Below are positions 60,945 through 64,000 of a DNA stretch of 64,000 bases, one piece after another. Position 1 is the first letter of the stretch. Every line of letters begins with the position of its first letter. Location of the stretch: contig MQRK01218853.1 of NCBI GenBank assembly GCA_001938485.1, positions 1-64,000 of the forward strand. The letters run 5' to 3'. Origin of the DNA: Girardia tigrina (lineage: Eukaryota). The position numbers were made by a program, and so were the translations under genes. The notes beneath the pieces were generated by a model, which saw only the letters and a program-made list of their open reading frames with translations, was not told the DNA's origin and did no database searches.

Positions 60945-62629
60945 CAGTCTACTCCGGCTAATACGAACACAGAAAAAATTTCCCTACATTTCCTAATATA
61001 ATTTTCGCTGGCTAAACCGAAAACCGAACAACTTTATGTGAACGAGCACAATAGATACTTTTTCGAACAAATTACTTTATACCTTGTAATTTTATTCGTC
61101 TTTCCCGAACAGTACATGATTGTATAATATATATTGCGTACTTTAAGTCAATACTTATAAAGGACTTTTCAAGTCAATGAAGTAAATTCTTTTATTTCTA
61201 ATAAACATGCATAAAAAATAAAAATTTAGGAGCTAAACATGCTTTCCTTTATTATTGGGATCAACCTTTGTTAGGTCTATTAGGTTAATTCGAACAGTTA
61301 TTCGTATTAGGTTGTTGCAAAAGCAATAAAGGTTTTTGAACCTAAACTTTAAACAAATGTTATTCAGCACAAAATAAACTTTATTAATCGAAATAAAAAC
61401 CATCAGAATCAATATATTTTTTCCAACGAAAAACAAGTTTATTGATGCCCCTAGTTTAGAACTATTGAGTTCTGGATGCTATTAAAACGTCTATGACGTC
61501 GTCTTGGTTTTTGAAGCATTTTTCCTGGAGGAAGTTGTCCAGATGCTTGAAAAAATGCTATTTGGGGTGCGAGAGACCCGGTGAGTACGGTGGATGAGGC
61601 AGAGTTTCGTAGCCAAATTCGTTTAGCTTTTTAGGGTCGGTTTTGCGATGTAAGGCCGGGCGTTGTCGTAGAGGAGAATAGGCCCCTTCATATTGACCAA
61701 TCTCGGGCACATACGTCAGAGCTCGTGATGCATTTTGTCAATTTGTTGGCAGTACTTCTCTGCAGTGATCGTTTCACCCGTATTCAGAAAGCTGTAATAT
61801 ATGAGACCGCCTGCAGACCACAAAACAGTTACCATAACCTTCTTTTGGTGGAGATTCGGTTTCGGAAAGTGTTTAAGAGCCTCATCGCGGTCCAACTATT
61901 ATGCCGATTGTCGTAGAGAATTCCCTTCTCAACACACGTCACAATCCGATCATTCTTGCTGCGCAGAAAAAGCGCGGAAGATACCTCAAAACGACGATTT
62001 TTTTGAATTTCGTTCAATTCTTGAGGCACCCATTTATCGAGCTTTTTCGACTTTCCAATTCTCTTCAAGTTCCGAGCGACGGTTGAAGGATAAATGCTAA
62101 GCTCTTCTGCAAGCGCTCAAACAGTTGGGCGTGGATCGGCTTTCACCAGCTCCTTCAATTCTTCGTTGTCAATCGTCGATGGGCGACTGTCAGGAGGCTC
62201 ATCTTCCAGGCTGATATTGCCATAGCGAAAGTTTTGATACCAGTGTTGCACCGTGCATTCGTTGACACTTCCCTTGCTCCAAACTTCGTTGATGTTTCGA
62301 GCGGTTTGAGCTGCATTACACCCTAGCTTTAACTCGCAGAAGAAAATGTTGCGAAAATTACGTTTTGACATCTGCAATTACAATCGAAATTATTAACAAA
62401 AGAAACATCATAAATTTTAGACAAATATAAGAGTATAAATTAAGCTTTCGAATGACTCATAACATCCTACATGCTTTAGTCGTGTCACATTTCGGTAAAT
62501 AAAAAAAATCAAAAATCTGCATTCCCTTTGCAACAACCTACTATTACTCGATTTCCGGCTAAACGTAAAATCGGCTAATCCGAACGTTTTTTGTGCATTT
62601 TGGGTGTTCGGATTAGCCGGAATAAACTT
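60945..62629. mobile_element. Pogo-type MITE interrupted by a mariner
   Basis: TA|cagtctactccggctaatacgaacac and gtgttcggattagccggaataaact; internal ggctaa..cgaa repeats. Confidence 0.7.
61307..62541 (-). mobile_element. Mariner (Hsmar1/cecropia-like) transposon, degenerate
   Basis: TIRs ttaggttgttgcaaa / tttgcaacaaccta with TA flanks; AAQTARNIN..LEDEP, WVPQEL, EKGILYDN, YSP.L..HFFKHLDNFL. Confidence 0.92.
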
Positions 62630-62663
62630 AATATGTATCTTCTAGAATGAATAATGGTATTTT

Positions 62664-63670
62664 TAATAATAATAAAAACAAAGTCCGTTTAAAGACCATT
62701 GGTAAGGCCATAGATCTTCATATGGTTTTGTGTTCTGGTAGTCATTGCGAACATGTCGGTTCCATTCTTTTGTTTAGAGAAATCTTAGTAGCGGTTCTCT
62801 AAGTGATATTGGATTAACTTCATTCTCTGTTTGATCAGTTTTGGTAAGCCGGTTGTTGTTTTTCCTGTAGTTTTCTTTGTTCGATTAATAGATTGAACCT
62901 TTCTCGCACTCAGAGTTGAGCACCATCCTGCCTGAAAAGATTAATTTATTCTTCGAAGATGGTGGTTTTTTGTAATAGCCATTCCACATCGATTTTCAGT
63001 CATTCTTCTACTTTATGTTTTCTTCTCCAATTGATTTCTTTGGATCTTTCCATCGTACTTTGAATGTTAGGAACACTTCTTTGAGGTCTTCCCCGACAGC
63101 TAAGGGAACATGAAATAGAAACAGTCTCTTAGCATGATGTCTAATAGATGTATCGAACTAATGATGATAGTTTCCATTCTGATTCTGTCTCTTTTATTAA
63201 CATTAAGCGCTGTTCTTGTGCATGTATTGTACAGTGCTTCTAGTTTTCAAATCTGCTTTCCATTTATTCGCCAATTTTAGGTTCCATAATAAACGATTGG
63301 GAAGATGCATCTCTCAATTTTAGTTTTCTTGTTTCTGATCTCTAGGTTAAATTCGTTTTTCCATTTTATAATTTTTTATACGTTCTCTGAAATCTGAATC
63401 GCTTGTGCTTTCTGCAGAAAATTACGAACCGAAGTAGTTAAATTCCAAAAAAACCCACTCAATTTTCATGTCTTCTGAATTTTTAATTTCGTGTATACAT
63501 GGTCCATTCTTTCAAATATACAAGGCTTCTGGTGGCATTTAAATTGACATATAATTTTTTTAGACTTTCAAATGAGTTTAAGATTTATTTGAAAAGAAAC
63601 TCGATACGTTATTAGTAGTAAAAATTTCTATCACTTAAAAAAATTACTCAAGTTGTCGTCTGTAATGATT
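62664..63670 (-). mobile_element. Non-LTR retrotransposon 3' fragment (RTE-like)
   Basis: Degenerate minus-strand EFNYFGS, YYGT, KLEALYNTC..DRIR; (TTA)n tail near 62664-62675. Confidence 0.6.
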
Positions 63671-63879
63671 TTTGAAATTATTAGAGCCCTCAGATAATGG
63701 TATTTTTAGATATTGTTTGTCAGATTCTCATTATTATTTAGAACATTTTTGTAATAGGAGTGATTTTAGATAAATAAAATCTCGGGTATTAGCGTTTGTT
63801 TATTTTTTTTATTGTACCCATTCTTTTCTAATCTATTTTTTGCTCTTCTATATATCTATTTTAACAGGTTCCCAGATGT

Positions 63880-64000
63880 TTCCTCACATGACATTTGCTC
63901 ACACGAATATTTGTTCACATGGACATTTACTCACATGGACATTTAATCACATAGACACTTACTCACATGGACATTTAATCACATGTACATTTGCTCACTT
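63880..64000 (+). repeat. 16-bp tandem repeat (cacatggacatttact), probably subterminal to a DNA transposon
   Basis: About 7 units running off the window end. Confidence 0.8.

Overview
AT-rich eukaryotic (probably invertebrate animal) genomic DNA dominated by transposable elements; the host cannot be identified from sequence alone. Main contents: (1) a full-length Polinton/Maverick (adintovirus-like endogenous virus) at 32295-49541 with identical 297-bp TIRs and a CCCCGG target-site duplication. It encodes pPolB, adenain-like protease, minor and major capsid proteins, a PLA2-integrase unit and a packaging ATPase. Its ORFs are broken mostly by single-base homopolymer indels, and it is nested inside LTR-retrotransposon remnants. 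(2) An intact, intronless 1367-aa ORF (4618-8721, minus) that reads as a Ulp1/CE-clan protease-like domain, two DUF86/HEPN-like RNase modules and a TPR array; this is the best candidate for an undescribed system. (3) An intronless PSMC3/Rpt5 gene with a 5' fragment duplicated upstream, and an intronless eIF3a pseudogene split by a solo LTR. (4) Tc1, rosa-like, pogo, DD37E-like and mariner DNA transposons, Gypsy remnants, an RTE-like LINE, a Penelope fragment with inverted hammerhead-bearing repeats, and several MITEs and palindromes. All domain calls come from reading motifs by eye; no searches were run.
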